From positions 27,900,001-27,964,000 of the forward strand of contig OZ231126.1 of NCBI GenBank assembly GCA_965153355.1: DNA of 64,000 nucleotides, read 5' to 3'. The notes under the pieces are model-generated. The model did not search any database and was not told the origin of the DNA. It saw only the letters and a program-made list of their open reading frames with translations. The position numbers and the translations under genes are program-made. Positions 1-14,656 of the stretch are shown here, in pieces. Numbering within the stretch: position 1 is the first letter of the stretch; every line of letters begins with the position of its first letter. Source of the DNA: Flaccisagitta enflata. Taxonomy: Eukaryota.

Positions 1-2273
1 TTTTTTCAAAAAAAATTTTGGATCGAATTAGTTAAAGATGTCTCATGTAGGGTAGCAAGGGGTGGGAGGGGCCCCCCGGTGGGGGGGTGAGACCACCCCT
101 CGCCCCACCCCTCCCACCCCTCGGTTGAAATTGACCACCCCTTGGTTTACCCCTCCCACCCCTCGGTTTACCCCTCGGTCCACCCCTTGGTCCTCCCCAC
201 CCCACCCCCCACCCCACCCTTCACCCCACCCCTCGGTTTTTTTTATACTTCAAAAATTTGATAAAATTGCTAGTTTGCAAAAAATACAAAAATCTCATTT
301 ACATATTGCAGTATCAATACCTTTAAGTTCCGGGGATTTCATAATTCAAAAAACCAAAAAGGGTGGTGGTGGGGGAGGGTGGTGATTCAAACTGAAATTG
401 TTTATAAAATACACGACTATTATTTAAGCTAAAATGAAAACGTCTACCCCTCGGTCTACCCCTCGGTCAACCTCCGGGTCTACCACTGGGTCTACCCCTC
501 GGTTCTTTTATATACTTCAAAAATTTGATAAAATTGCTAGTTTACAAAAAGTACAAAAATCTCATTTACATATTGCAGTTTCAATACCTTTAAGTTCAAG
601 GAATTTCATAATTCAAAAAACCAAAAAGGGTGGTGGTGGTGGAGGGAGGTGGTTCAAACTGAAAATACACAGCTATCATTTAATTTACAGCCTAGATAAA
701 AGAAACATTTTGCAGATATATATATAGACAATTTTCCCATAGCAAGTAAAATATTTCATTCGTGGTAAAACAAAACCTTTTACCTTAAGCAAGTTAAAAT
801 GTGCCTAACCCCAACACAACCCCTCACCCTAACACAACCCTTAACCCTAAACTCAACTTTACCCCTAGCCCTAAACCTAACACAACCCTTAACCCTAAAC
901 CTAATACAACCCTTAACCCTAAACTCAACATTACCTCTAACCCTAAACCCAATACTACCTTTAACCCTAAACTCAACATTACCCCTAACCCTAAACCTAA
1001 CACAACCTTTAACCCAACTTAACCAACCTTAACCCTAAACCTCAACAGCAACCTTAACCTAAACCCAACACTACCTGTAACCTTAAACTCAACACTACCC
1101 CTAACCCAAAACCAAACACAACCCCTAACCCTTAACTTATGTTTAGTCCTTAATGTTAAACCTTATTAAGACTAACTTGAAACAGACCCTAACCCTTTCC
1201 CACAAAGGCACTTCATTTATGCAGGTTATTGATACAGGTTATTTATGCAGGGTTATGATTTCAAATTAAAGGTTAAGGTTGTGTTTTTTTAGTTAAGGTT
1301 AGGGCTGGACATAAATGTTAAGGTTAAGGTTAGGGGTTGTGTTGGGTTTAAGGTTAGGGGTTGTATTAGGTTTAGGGTTAGGGGTTGTGTTAGGTTTAGT
1401 GTTTTTTTAATTAGGAATAGCGCTGGATATAAATGTTAAGGTTAAGGTTAGGGACTGTGTTGGGTTTAGGGTTAGGGATTGTGTTGGGTTTAGGGTTAGG
1501 GGTTGTATTGGGTTTAGGGTTAGAGGTTGTGTTGGGTATAGTGTTTTTTTCAAATAAGGTTAGAGCTGGATATAAATGTTAAAGTTAAGGTGAGGGGTTG
1601 TGTTGGGTTTAGGGTTAGGGGTTGTATTGGGTTTAGGGTTAGGGGTTGAGTTGGGTTTAGAGTAAGGGGTTGTGTTGGGTTTAGGGCTAAGGGTTGTGTT
1701 AGATTTAGGGTTAGGGGTTGTGTTAGGTTTAAGGTTAAGAGCTTTATCAAGTTAGAAGCTCATTACCCCTCACTACCCCTCGAACCACCCCTCACCCCAC
1801 CCCTCGCCTTACCCCAAACCCCACCCCTCGCCCCACCCCTCACCCCACCCCTCGCCCCACCCCTCACCCCACCCCTCGCCCCACACCCCTCGCTTTACCC
1901 CTCCCACCCCTCGCTACCCCTACATAATTTCAAACCACCCTTCACTTTTTGACCACCCCTAGCTACTCCTCACTACCCCTCACTTCCCCTCATGAGACAT
2001 CTATAACTAATTTTAGCCAAAATTTTTTCCAAAAAAAAATTTTTTTTTTTGAATTTTTTTTTTTTTTTGAAATTGTTTTTTTTTGAAATTGTTATTTTTG
2101 ACATTTTTGTTTTGAAAAAAAATTTTTTTTGAATTTTTTTTTTTTTGAATTTTTTTTTTTTTGAATTTTTTTTTTTCTTTTTTTTTGTAGTGTATCTTCT
2201 CGAGTCGCATTTACGCGACGAGAAAGCTTCAAAAATTAGTCTCCAGTCGGGGACTGTAATTTTGAAGCTTTTT
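1..2273 (+). mobile_element. 3' part of a Helentron-associated (HINE/DINE-1-like) non-autonomous element with internal direct and inverted repeats
   Basis: The 3' end 2190-2273 (GTCGCATTTACGCGAC hairpin; AAAGCTTCAAAAATTA..GTCGGGGACT..TAATTTTGAAGCTTT) matches 54926-54995. GTCGGGGACT is complementary to the 5' subTIR AGTCCCCGAC at 53275. Positions 1-60 are inverted to ~1975-2035, and ~230-400 is directly repeated at ~495-665. Confidence 0.55.
800..1740. repeat. Inverted pair of ~24-bp telomere-like minisatellite arrays
   Basis: AACCCTAAACCYAACACAACCCCT-type units at ~800-1135 face their complement (GGGTTAGGGGTTGTGTTGGGTTTA) at ~1270-1740. Confidence 0.8.
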
Positions 2274-2529
2274 TCTTTCCTCTATTGAGGTCAACTCTCT
2301 TTGCTAAAGTTGTTTTCGCCCGACTACCTCTTAAGTCCCCATCAAGGCAACTTTTTTCACTGTTTTAAAACTTTCCCGTGAGGTTAATCCCTTTATGCTT
2401 CTCTTTTTGCCCATCAGGCTATCACCATGATGGCTGATGTTCTGCCGTACAATATCTCCAGTGCTTAACTCACATATCGCCCGTATCCCGTTATTACCGA
2501 TTACACGACCATTTTCTTTTTTGTCTCAG

Positions 2530-5500
2530 TCGCTTCTGCATTTCCGGAGCCGGCGCCGAAAACTCCCGAGTCTCCTCCGCCGTCTGTTCCTTCTCCTCTT
2601 CCTTCTCTACCGCGTCTCGACGCTCATCAACCGCTCGTCCACGCGGGCAAAGGCAGACCAAGGCCCGTCAAGAATCGAAGAGTCACCAAAGCCGTCTTGC
2701 AGCAAAACGACGAAGACGAAGGTAAGGACGCGTGCGCGCGACTCTTTAGGTCGATGTCCATCTGACGGAGGTTTTGCTGGCCCGTCTGCGACCACTGCTC
2801 CCTCCCACTTGCTAACGACTGCCGATGTCATGTATTCTTTAAGTACAGCCGGCTTTACCGAAGACGTAAAAGAGGTCCTCCGTCAGCTGTTTGGTTGTTG
2901 ATATTCGCAACTAACTCAAATCTATATTCCCTTGGCCTTCTGCCTTCTGCTCGGTTTTCTGAAGATAATTGTTAGTCTTTTTGATAATGAATATGAACAT
3001 CTATTTGAAATTCGTTGCATGAACAGACGTTGGGCAAAAGGACGTGGAGAACTTCTACAGTGGTCGCCCTCCTCCTCCGCCCCAAGAGGAGCCCTCAAAT
3101 CAAATGAATGGCAGTCAAGGTAGGCAAGAAGACCGCGCATCTCTAGTTGTTGCTGTTGGGTGCTTGTTTTTTTCTCCCCCGCCCCCTGACTCCCCGACCC
3201 GCGGTTTCCCCTCCTTGAGCCGCAAACATTGAACCTCTCCTCTGAAACTGAATAAGACCTTTGTGTGGATTTTCACCTTTTTCTCCCCCGAACTTTGTTT
3301 TCCTCTTTTCCTTCGGTGGTGGTTAACTCGTTAACAGAAATAGAGGGTAAACTTGCCAAAAGTGCACCCCTCTTGCCGGCAAAGAACAAGGCAAAGGAAC
3401 TGGGTAAAAATTGCACCGCTCGCCTTGCCTCTGCTCTTACCTATACCTGTCTGACACTGTCCAAATATCCGTTCTCATGTACTATTTCCCTACTTTTCGT
3501 TAGTCACTTAAGTAGACCATCTCTATAATTTCCATTTTAGTTTGTACTTCCTAGCTCCTACCGTAGTCTGTTGAATACCATGTATACAAATTACAATATA
3601 ATGTAAGATGTAAAGGTAATTGATATTCCGTTGCATAGGTTGGCATAGTGGCTCTCATAACCTGAATTTGATCGCGATGTGATAATTTCCACATGTTTCT
3701 TAAAACGTGATTTTCGTTTTTCCCCCTTTGTGGTAGATTCGAGTACGGAACAATTAGTGCAATCTACCGAGTCTCTCTCCTCCGATGATTCCAAGTAAGT
3801 AAGATTCTAAATAAATACGGCTGGATGGTTGATTTCTCACTGACTAACTTGAAGTAGTGTACGAGCCAAGTATTTAGACGGGTTAACTAGACATACACCT
3901 TAAGCTAATAAATTGGTGCATGATTGTCGGTTGTTATTGTACACAAAAATGATTTTCGTTTTCGTTTTATTTTCTTTTTGCGCAGACACAGTCGAAAGTA
4001 TGTACTCTTGAGTCTTGTGAGGCATTTTGCACATTGTCAATTTGTCGTGATTTTAACTGTTTATGTCGCATGTTTGATCTGCCCACTGGGTTAACTCACT
4101 GTGCAGATAATAAGATGAATAAATTGTATAGTATGTACTATTTTGTAAAATCATCATTGTCCTGTTTGATTACTAGGTAGATATAGAGGGACAATGATAA
4201 AACAGCATTTCAATACAATTTGAAAGCACAGCTGAGCCCCAGAAATGATTCTCACAGAACGTGACGTTTTGTTGTCCCTAATTGTACTGTACAATTATTT
4301 GTACATTTCTCCGTCGATATTTTGACTGTGAACGTGTCATGTACAATAACCTTTGACGACTTGCTTGCCTAGACGATTTGTAATCATTTCCTGTATTGTT
4401 CGTGTAGATCGAGATCGAGACTACTCAGACACATATTTCAGTATGTAAATGTTAATACTTTTACAGTGGATGTGCTCATGTCGGAAGGGATATGCCTAGG
4501 ATGAAGTATTTGTTCGAAACTCTGGCAATCTTGCGCAATTTACATTGATAATCTTCTGTTCTTATTGGGAATTCAGCGGTGACAGCACTGTTCTTCATCG
4601 TATTTTCACAAGGCCTTTCGTTTCCGTCTGAAGCACATACATCCACATTGCCAAATTGAGCATGATAAAATCGCTTTCTATTCCTAAGATAAATGAGTCA
4701 TTGGAGTAAAGTATTTTTAAGCTTTGGTGTCCTCTCATTTGATGTAGTAAACAGAAACAACCCATTCTGTTTATTGATATTGAATTTCTGTTCTCGCATT
4801 TTACCATATTTTCGGGTCGGGTGACGATGTATCCTCGATGTTTGGTCGGTTTATTGATTGATCAGTTTGTTGATTAATCGGTTGGTTGATTGATCTGTAA
4901 GTTGATCATTTGGTTGATCAAATAAGTTGGCTGATCAATCAGTTGATCAATCAATCAATTGGTCAATCAATCAGTTGGTCAATCAATCAATTGGTCAATC
5001 AATAGGTCAATCAATCAATTGGTCAATCAATCAATTGGTCGATCAATCAATTGGTCGATCAATCAATTGGTCGATCAATCAATTGGTCGATCAATCAATT
5101 GGTCGATCAATCAATTGGTCGATCAATCAATTGGTCGATCAATCAATTGGTCGATCAATCAATTGGTCGATCAATCAATTGGTCGATCAATCAATTGGTC
5201 GATCAATCAATTGGTCGATCAATCAATTGGTCGATCAATTAATTGGTCGATCAATCAATTGGTCGATCAATCAATTGGTCGATCAATTACAGACTGACTG
5301 ATTCAAAAGGAAATTCGAGGACGCAACAAGATTTGAGTTTCGTTCAACCAGCGTGGATATCTCGGTTCGTTGACTGGCCTCTTTCTTTCTAATATGGGTC
5401 CATTTCAGGGATTGATCTCCCAACTTATTCGACTTTGTTTCAAAACGTTATCTTTTTTCTCTCCCTTTCTTCTCTCGCGAATCCTTTGCCAAACCTCGAA

Positions 5501-8500
5501 GAAAGGGCCGAAGTTGGTGGCCTTTCAAATCCAAGGAGAAAGACAAGAAGAGAGATTCTTTGCCCGAAGCTCGGAGCGACGACGAACTTAGTTGGCAAAA
5601 CGGTCCCGCGTCGGCTTCGTCTGTCAGACCCGCTGCCAGCGCCAATCCCACCACCATCGCTCCCGTTGCCGCCGCCTCTGCCGCTACAACATCGCCCGCC
5701 GTGGCCCCGACGGTCGCCCCGGCAACGAGAAAACCCATGATTCCACCCGCGCCACCTACTTTACCGCCCCCAGGTTGGTGATAATGGTTGGGGGGACCTG
5801 TTTGGGTCTGTACATATATTGGTGTATAGTGGTAACAGGGTGTGCAAAATTATCCGCACTCAGCAGTTATCTTTTTTTGAAACCCTGTAGAAAAAATAAT
5901 TTTTGAAAGCATAACGGGTAGATATGAAAAAGTATCCTTCTTAACATTCAAAAGCAAAATTCGCAAAGTGTAAAAAGTCAGAAATTAAACTGTTTAGGTA
6001 TATTTAACTCAAATAGAACACTCCTGTAAAAAGTTCATTGAAAAAAAACCAACTAAAATTCTGTTGTTAGTTTTTCTTGCCCTTTAGGCCTGATTTATTT
6101 GCTTTTTTGACCTCCACTGATGTTGATTTAACTTATCTCCCTCAGCATAAAGTGTGTCAAGTTAGGAAAATCATTATGGAGTAGTTACAAATACCAGAAT
6201 CTATGATTTTGTCATCTATTTTGCTTATGAAATAAAATCCTGTCAAAATCAAAATCTCTGCTCCCAATCATTTAACTCCCTTAGTGACAAGGGATTTAGA
6301 AAAAACCTAAAATCAATTTTGGCTTCTAGTATGACTAGCTGGGGTACTCTGGCTCAAATTTCATATTGCTGGGTCACTTCTAAGTATGGTTTTCTTTCAA
6401 TGGCGCAAGTGCGGATAATTTTGCACACCCTGTTATTACTGCCTTATACGTTTTTTTCTCCGGAGTGAAAACATGGAATGATATATTTGGTTGTTCGCAT
6501 GCGAACATTTGTCCCAAATATTTCATTTTGTGTTGCTATAAGATTATCCTTTGTCTTCACATTTCTCGTAATGTAGATGACGACGACGACGAGGAAGATG
6601 ATCATCCTCGTCGTCCAGTAACGAAGGTTGCTATGCCCGTCGGCCTTCCTGGGGGTTTCCTGGCCGAGATGAAGGGAAGAAAAGGCTTCCAGAGGTAATA
6701 AAAACATCGGAAATTCCTAATGTTCATTGTCTAGGTTGTCCGTTGTCATGTCATCCATTTGAATCAATGATTCGGGTTCTTAAAGGACGAGACCTGTGCA
6801 GTTTCCAACTTGAAGTCACCCACGTCATCTTTTTCATTTCGCTTTCGCTTTCGCGCAGTCGGATAGCCGATGAGTCGTCGACGAAGGGGACATCGAATGG
6901 AGATTCTTCGCAGCACGAAGCCCCTAAGCCCGCTTTTGGCCCTGGCATGCTCAAACCCACACCCGGTTAGTCAGGGTTAAAAAAAAGTTCAAACAAGTGA
7001 GACGGGGTCTCAATATCGTTGCGGCCGGATGGGCAGGGGTACATAACCCTCATTCTTACCCCGTGCTTACTCACACTCAAAAATTACCGGAAATGCGCGT
7101 TTTCTCTTGTTCTACGTCTTCCCAGGTGGATTTTCGATCTCGGTCGAATATCCACCTGGGAAGAAAGACTACGGGTAGGAAATAAATTATCTAACTTTTC
7201 GACTCGATCATCATGGACCTACGGACAAATAAATGGACAGACAAACAGATGGACTTATTAACGGACCAACGGACGGACAAAGCCTATCATAGAGTTGCGT
7301 GTCCGCAACTGAAAGTTTACAAAAATGTCTGTCTCCTACGCGGCTTATAGGTGTCTGCCAATTGAGGTGGGTCACGCTGTATATTCTTCAAGCTTAATCC
7401 GTATCTTGCGTCTAGTCGTCAACTTTCTTTGAGCCGATTGATCAGTCAACGGACAAGACACAATAGGTATACATATCATACCGTTGGTTTTGATCCAACA
7501 TGCTGATAGCGAACAAAATATTGTATGCAACAACCAGTGGTTTAAATAACATTCGGCTTTAATGTTACAAAATTGTAGCATAATAGCCGGCTGTAATTCT
7601 AACTACCCGTTGTTGAATACAACATTTTGTTTGTTATAGCCGGCTGTAACTTGAGCAACTGATTGTCGCATATAATATTTTGTTTTTAAGCAGTATGTTG
7701 GATTGAAGCCAGTGGTATGATATATATATACCTATAGTGTTTTGTCCACTGACTGTGATATCAACAACGCTTCTTATTAGGCGGTCGAACTTCCAAGCTT
7801 CCTGTTGATTCAACGGCCGAGGAAAAGGACGCTGCCAAACCTTTTGGCCCCAAAATGCTCAAACCCACTGCCCCTAAACCTAGTAAGTGATGAAGATTAA
7901 CTGTCGTTCTGATTTTCCTCTCCTTCCCTTTAGCGTATACTTTATAAGAATGAAATCACTACGAGCCCACCGTAGCGGGATCTCTTTTACTGTTTATTTC
8001 CAAAAAAACTGATGCTATCCTTGAATAGGCCAGCGATAACTGGCCCGTTCATATCCCATCCCACGTGTAGATATTTCATGATCAAAAACTCAGGTACTGT
8101 CGGAAGAAGATGTTACATCATCATTCTTGTGTCCCACGGATTTTCTTTTGCACCTAAAAAGAGTAGTAGTTTCTTTTCCATGGTGAATAGATGCTTTTTC
8201 ATATGGTTCTTAGAAGAATGTTTTACAAAAAAAAAAATCGAGATTTCTAACGGAATGATTGACACTAATAGACAGACGAACCGATGTAAAAATCATTGGA
8301 ATGAGAGAAAAGAAAGGCAGGGCGGTGATAGAGATGTGGTGAAACAGACATCGACTCCTTTGCATGACAAAAGTGCACTGTTAGAAAATATTGATTGACA
8401 TTACCGGAGCAAAATGAGTATTCCTTCTATCTCTCCCTCATTGCTAGATCTGAAATTTTAAAATTCCTCCTGTCCTAATCAAACACATGCCTTGCTCTTC

Positions 8501-11500
8501 CCGCCTTTTAAAAATCATTGTGATGTAATGAAATAAACGATCGTCTTGGTTCATAGTTGTCACCCCCTCGTCTGAGAAGATGCCCCCCTGATCAAGGCTG
8601 TGATTAAGAGTGTTACCAAATCATGATTTTTATCGGAGCCAGATGATTGAATTAAAGCTGATCCTGAGCTCATATTTGTTGCAGACTTACGCATGCTATC
8701 ACGTGATTTGAGCGGACGATGATTTGTTGACGTGTTCATGGTGTGATTTGAAAACCCTGTTTTGACAGGGGATGAAACGCGATAAGGCAATCACAAATCT
8801 GGTTTGACGTTTAAAAGTAGCTTGCACGCGACTTTACGACCCATTCGACCCATTCCACGGTCGGTCCGTTACAAAACTTGGGAAAAATGGCCCCTTCCCA
8901 GTGCCCACCCATTTGAGGTCATTAGGTTTTCCCTGTGTGTCGATTGATGGGTTAACTCGGCTGAATATGGTTGAGTGCTTGACGCTTGACGGTTACTTGG
9001 TCATGGTCTCATAGACGCATTATTATCAACTAACTTAGGTTTTGAGAAACAAAGGTGGAAAAAAGGTGTATTTCGCAGCTGTGCTTGACTGAACGGCTAA
9101 TCACCCATATTCTTTGTTGTCGCTACTTTACCTCATTTCCAAATAAATCCTATTTTTCAGCTGCGCCTACCTTTGAAACGAATGACAATTTTTCTGCCAT
9201 CAACATCGCTCCTACCATTGGATCTGCCACAACGTCCGACTTAGGACCGAAAGGTAAGATTAGCAAACCAATGGTCGTGACCGGGAGGTAGGGGGATCCA
9301 GGGAGGAAAGTGGAATATTTTCAAATGGTCGGAGATTACACGTGGACGCAAAATAGAAAGTGATGAGGCCCCATAAGTTTTAGCACCCCCCCTACAGCTA
9401 ACATGGTTAAATGAATTTTCTTTTTGAAGGTTGTTTTGGGCGATTCAGAGGAATAGAAATGGCGTTGTCAGAGGGATTATTGAGATTGTATCTAGAACCA
9501 TGGAAATTTTCACTTATTACTCCATTTTGTTACTTTTTGTCCTCGACGATCAGTTTACGTCGAGGACTATAACATTTTGGATGCTTCACATAGCAAAAGT
9601 AGTTTATTTTTTCTCGCCCTCCTTACCTAATGTGGAGTGGCCAATTTTAGGACCCTTACCATTTTTCTTTCATCAAAAATCATTCATCTTCCGTTTTTTA
9701 GAAAATTGTTTTTGAGGGCCTAATTTGCATAATGCAGTGGGATGAAATAATATGCTGATATTGTTTGAATTAGCTTTTACAAATTTCTTTTTTTTAAAGA
9801 ATTACAATTCTGCCTTTTCATATGCTTTTTCATACCTTATGTTCTAAGATTTTAGTTTATTTTTACAAGCATCATGATTTTCTAAAACAAATAATTGTCG
9901 TTTTTGTAACAAAACTACACAGGATTTTGCTGAATTCAGGGAAATCTGTGGAAACTTTAAGGCCAAAACAAAAACGGAAGATGAAGGAATTTAGAAAAAA
10001 GGAAAATGGTCATCTTCATGATTTTTGCATCTCCACATTACCTAAGTAGGGTGAAGGGATACTCCCAACTTTTGCTATGCGAAGCACGCATAACATATAA
10101 CGTATAACGTATAACATATAACATAGCCTTTATCGTGTAGTGGGTCGTTCGTCTGTGTTAACCCTTAAAAACTTGAGAACCACAACTCAGATGTTGATGA
10201 AACTTGGTCAGTGTCATTTTTAGGGCATTACTAACCTGTGTACCAACTTTCAACAACATTCATAAATATTTAATACCCTTTGCCTAATATTTTTGTAGTA
10301 ATATTAATTGTTGGACTTGTGCAATTTACATAGGGGAAGGGTAGCTTAGATTCACCAATGTTGTTCAAATTTGTTGTGAAGGTTTATTGCATCAATTAAA
10401 GCTCCCCTGCAAGATTTCAGATAATTCTGAGTATTGGTTTAGAACATATAAGGGTATTTTGCTAGTAATATTAATTCCTAGACTTGTGCAATTTACATAG
10501 GGGAATGGTAGTAAAGGTTCACCAATGTTGTTCAAACTTGTTGTGAAGGTTCATTGCATCAATTAAAGCTCCCCTGCAAGATTTCAGTAAATTCTGAGTA
10601 TTGGTTAAGAAAATATAAGGGTATTTATGATGTATCTAGTAACATTATTTTTTAGATTTGAGAATTTTTTTTTCGAAAACATTTTTCAAAAACATTTTTT
10701 TTTTTAAATATTTATTTTTTTTTGAAATTATTTTTTTTCTTTGAGTAGCCGGGTCAGACTGAGTAGCCGGATCAGACTGAGTAGCCGGGTCAGACTGAGT
10801 CGCCGGATCAGACTGAGTAGCCGGGTCAGACTGAGTAGCCGGGTCAGACTGGGTAGCCGGGTCGGACACCAAATAGACTACAGTCGAGGACTGTTGTTTT
10901 TAAGCTTTTTTAGATTGTTTGTTTTCAGAGTTTAAGTGATAAATTTCAGGGTTCCATTTACAATCTCAAAAATCGCTCTGATGACGCCATTTGTATTCCC
11001 CTTAGTTGTTCAAGATGACTTTTAATATGAAATTTCAATCAGCAAATATGGTTGTAGGGGGGGTTTGATTGTTATGAATCCTTCTCAGGTGGTTGTCCGA
11101 TGGCGGGTGCGCGTCCCGTTCTTCCCCTGAAACCGAGTAAACCATTGAAACCTGCGACGGCGCCCAAGCCGGCCTCTAAGCCGCAATTTCCATCACCCAC
11201 AAACTTCAATCCTCCACATCTTTCCAAATCCCAATTTCCGTCTCCCACTTCCCCTTCCTCTGCACTTAACTGCGCTTCCTCTGCACTTAACTGCGCCGCC
11301 GCGCAAAATGATTCCGCACCCGTCTTTCCTATCAAGAGACCAGGTAACTAATGTATTTTCTAGTTTTTATTCACACTGCACTGTCATCATCAATCACTCA
11401 AAAAACCGTGCTGTCTGTGTATTGTATTGACCGAATTTGAAATTTTTTGGATTTTCAAGCATCCGGTCACGTGCAATCCAAACAAATATTTTTTGTTGGG

Positions 11501-14500
11501 GCTATTGATTTTAGTCACATCTTAAACACCACGTGGTCAACGAAATCGATGATGAATTTAGTTATCAATAACTTTTCCTCTATTTTCAGTGTCCTCTCCT
11601 TCGCCTCCTCGTCCCTTGCCACGAGCTTCTCTGGCCACCATTTCAGGAGGTCAAACATCCCCAGTCTCCCCTCCTCCTCCGATCCCCTCTCATCATTCCT
11701 TGTCGCAGCAGCAACAGCAACATCCGCTCAACGCCATCGCCGAGTCGTCTTCATTAACTCCTGTCCCTCACCTCGGAATATCCTCGATCGACGATCGTCG
11801 GCACGCCTTCATTTCTCATGCTTACTCCGCTGATCATACCAACAGTCACAACAACATCAACAATGGAAATCTCGACGTTTCCGAGGCGGAGTTTCCACCT
11901 TCTCTGCCGCTTACCCCGCGAATAGCCGGTAGACAAAAGGGCAACTACCCTCCTTCGAAGAGTAGTGATCAGGGCGCCACTCCTGGTTTTGACGTTTCGT
12001 CGAAAAACAATAACCATTTGGGTAGAATGGAACGAAAACAAAAGACTGCCGCAAAAAACGAATCTTCAGACTCGCTGGATTCTCTCGATTCTGGCGTCGT
12101 GATATCAGAACTTTCGTCGAAACCCTGCGAGTCTTCTTTGACTTCATCGTCGTCGTCTTCCACTCATCTTAGTCCTAGTCATCATCAACATCATCATCGT
12201 CCGTCTTTAGGTCATCAGGATCGCGTAGACAGTGAAGAGGCGTCGTCGTCATCTTTGTCTCCTCAAGATGACGCTTTTGGTCCCGAAACATCCTCCGCTG
12301 ATCGATCATCAGGTCAGACAATGGGGGAATGTGGTGAGGAGGGGGAGAATAGGGTTACAGATGAGGGCTGTATGGTTATGGTAGTTTTAATCATGGCAGG
12401 AGACAAGATCAAGTCACGTGCGACAGGGTAAAAGGTTTTGAGGCCGTTCGTAGTATTTTAAAGAAAAAGATTTTAACAAAAGCGTCATTGACAGATCCAC
12501 CAACTGGCACAGTATCCTGAAACGTCAATCCCAGTTACTGTAAACTGATTAGGGCAGAGTGGTGTAAAATAATGGGTCACCTGGGGTAGTAGTGTTTTAT
12601 ATTCATGAAATATAAAAACGATGCGGGCACAGATTGCCAGGATAAAAATATTGGAGCAAAAGTAGGAGATCACCCACTATTTTTTGAAGAATCTGTTGGC
12701 AATTTGGATAATTGAGGTCTAGTGTGTCTAGTTTTGGATTGAAAAAGAAATTTTGCTGATACTTGTACTAGGGCTCAATAGAGTGGGTGACCCATATTAT
12801 CCCAGGTGACCCGTTTTACCCACCACCCCCTATACATATGATTGATGAATAGATTTGCGAAAAAAACTTGTTTTGATTGTTGGATCAGGCGCGATAACGA
12901 AACCATCTAGTCTTTCCATTCGAATTCCTTCGTCCGGTGACGCGACTTCGGCTGCCTCTCCGAAGATGGCGTCTTCTGTCGAATCCACTTCCGGTCTATC
13001 ACCTTCCCCTGCCAGCTCCGTCGACAAAGATAGGACTACGCCAGGTTGTTATGGTTGATGGTAGTTACTTTTCGTTTGAGAGATATGTACACGAGATGCT
13101 CGTTAATTGCGTATACGCGTAGCGACTCGGTTAATTTCGTCGTCGACTTTTCTGACATAGTGCGAAATGTCTGAACTTTTATTTGTTGAAGGAACGCCCT
13201 GAGAATTTGTCTTAAATTGTTTACCTAGCATCTTTTTTATTATTTTTGTGTTTAGCGAAAACTTTTGTGTCCATAAATGCTAAGTTGTTTTCTAAACACA
13301 GCTCGCAATGATTTTTATTAGTACGTCCAATCTTTAAAGCCGCATCATCAACGTTTTTTATCTTCGGTGTGGAGTTATCACATGTTATTAAAAACTTTGC
13401 CTAAAGTAACTCTTCATGAGGAAGTTATTACATCTCGCTTCGTTACGCTCTTGCTTCCTTCGATTGACAGACTCGATAGGGAGTGGATTTGCGTCACCGC
13501 GGGATGGAAGCAGAGAACGATTGTTCGCACCGCATGACACCGACGAACACCGGGTAATACAACTTTTTCAAGAACCGTCAGACAGTTGTTGGCTAATGAC
13601 GATGAATGCCATCATAGTTTTGAGCATTCTCTCTGTCAAAACAGTCAGAAGTACAGTCTAAATATAGCCACTGTAAAGCCCAACGCTAATACCTATTCTA
13701 TTGTTGCGCGCCTGTTGGGTTTTTGAGCGATGCTCTCTCTATCGAATAGTGTACATTGTAGTAGTAGACTAGCACTTGGTAGTTTGAATGAGTTGGGGAC
13801 ATTCCAAGTAAGAAGGGCGGAAACGTTCTAAGACATCGCACCTAGTATCCTAGATCATGAGCAAATCTTCCTGCTAGTGTTGGTTCCTTTTATTTCATTG
13901 ACTTTGGCATTAATCCAAGTCCGATAATGTTATTGACTCTAGGAGGGAGAGGGATACACGGGGTTTCCTGGATAATTCCATCAAAAAATGTTAGCTAGCT
14001 AGAGGGAGGGTAGGCCATATGACAGCATGATGCGGAATCTGACATTGCCCGATGATTGCGCCAAATGTGTGGGCACATGGCCTCTCCATACATTGTAAGT
14101 GAAGCTGAACGTAATTCAATAAACAACCGGACATGATTCCTCTGGACACAACAACAACAACAACAACAACTCTAGGATGAAATGCCAGCGTGTCGCTATG
14201 CGGAAAATGCGATTTTCCCTATGAATGGAATATGTTTATCAATCGGCTTTCTGTCAGAACCCTCTCCCTCTCTCATGTCAAATGAACGTGACTAGGCTTT
14301 TATGGCGTTTGCTGATTGTGTTCTCTCTTCCTATCTTTGTTTTGCCCTTTCAAATAATGCTAATGCAAGGTTGTCAGTCTTGTGTGGTTGTCAGTCTGTG
14401 TGGTTGTCAGTCTGTGTGGTTGTCAGTCTGTGTGGCTGTCATTCGGTGTGGCTGTCATTCGGTGTGGCTGTCATTCGGTGTGTTTGTCTGTCTGTTTAAC

Positions 14501-14559
14501 CGCCTGTGTTTGTCTGTTTGTGATTGTGACTACACTTGTTTGTGACTTTATCCCTACTA

Positions 14560-14656
<97 letters not shown>

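Larger units (their letters stand above)
9339..11063. mobile_element. TIR MITE (same family as 51521-51931) hosting nested elements
   Basis: Left end CACGTGGACGCAAAATAGAAAGTGATGAGG..CACCCCCCCTACAG matches 51521-51590. The right part 10935-11063 matches 51755-51885. Confidence 0.65.

Noticed and set aside
800-1740. True telomere or chromosome fusion site
   Set aside because: The units are 24-bp degenerate repeats rather than pure (TTAGGG)n and are embedded in a dispersed element.
4930-5290. CRISPR-like appearance of the regular short repeats (also 10743-10862 and 31722-32010)
   Set aside because: The units are head-to-tail with no unique spacers, there are no cas genes, and the context is eukaryotic introns.
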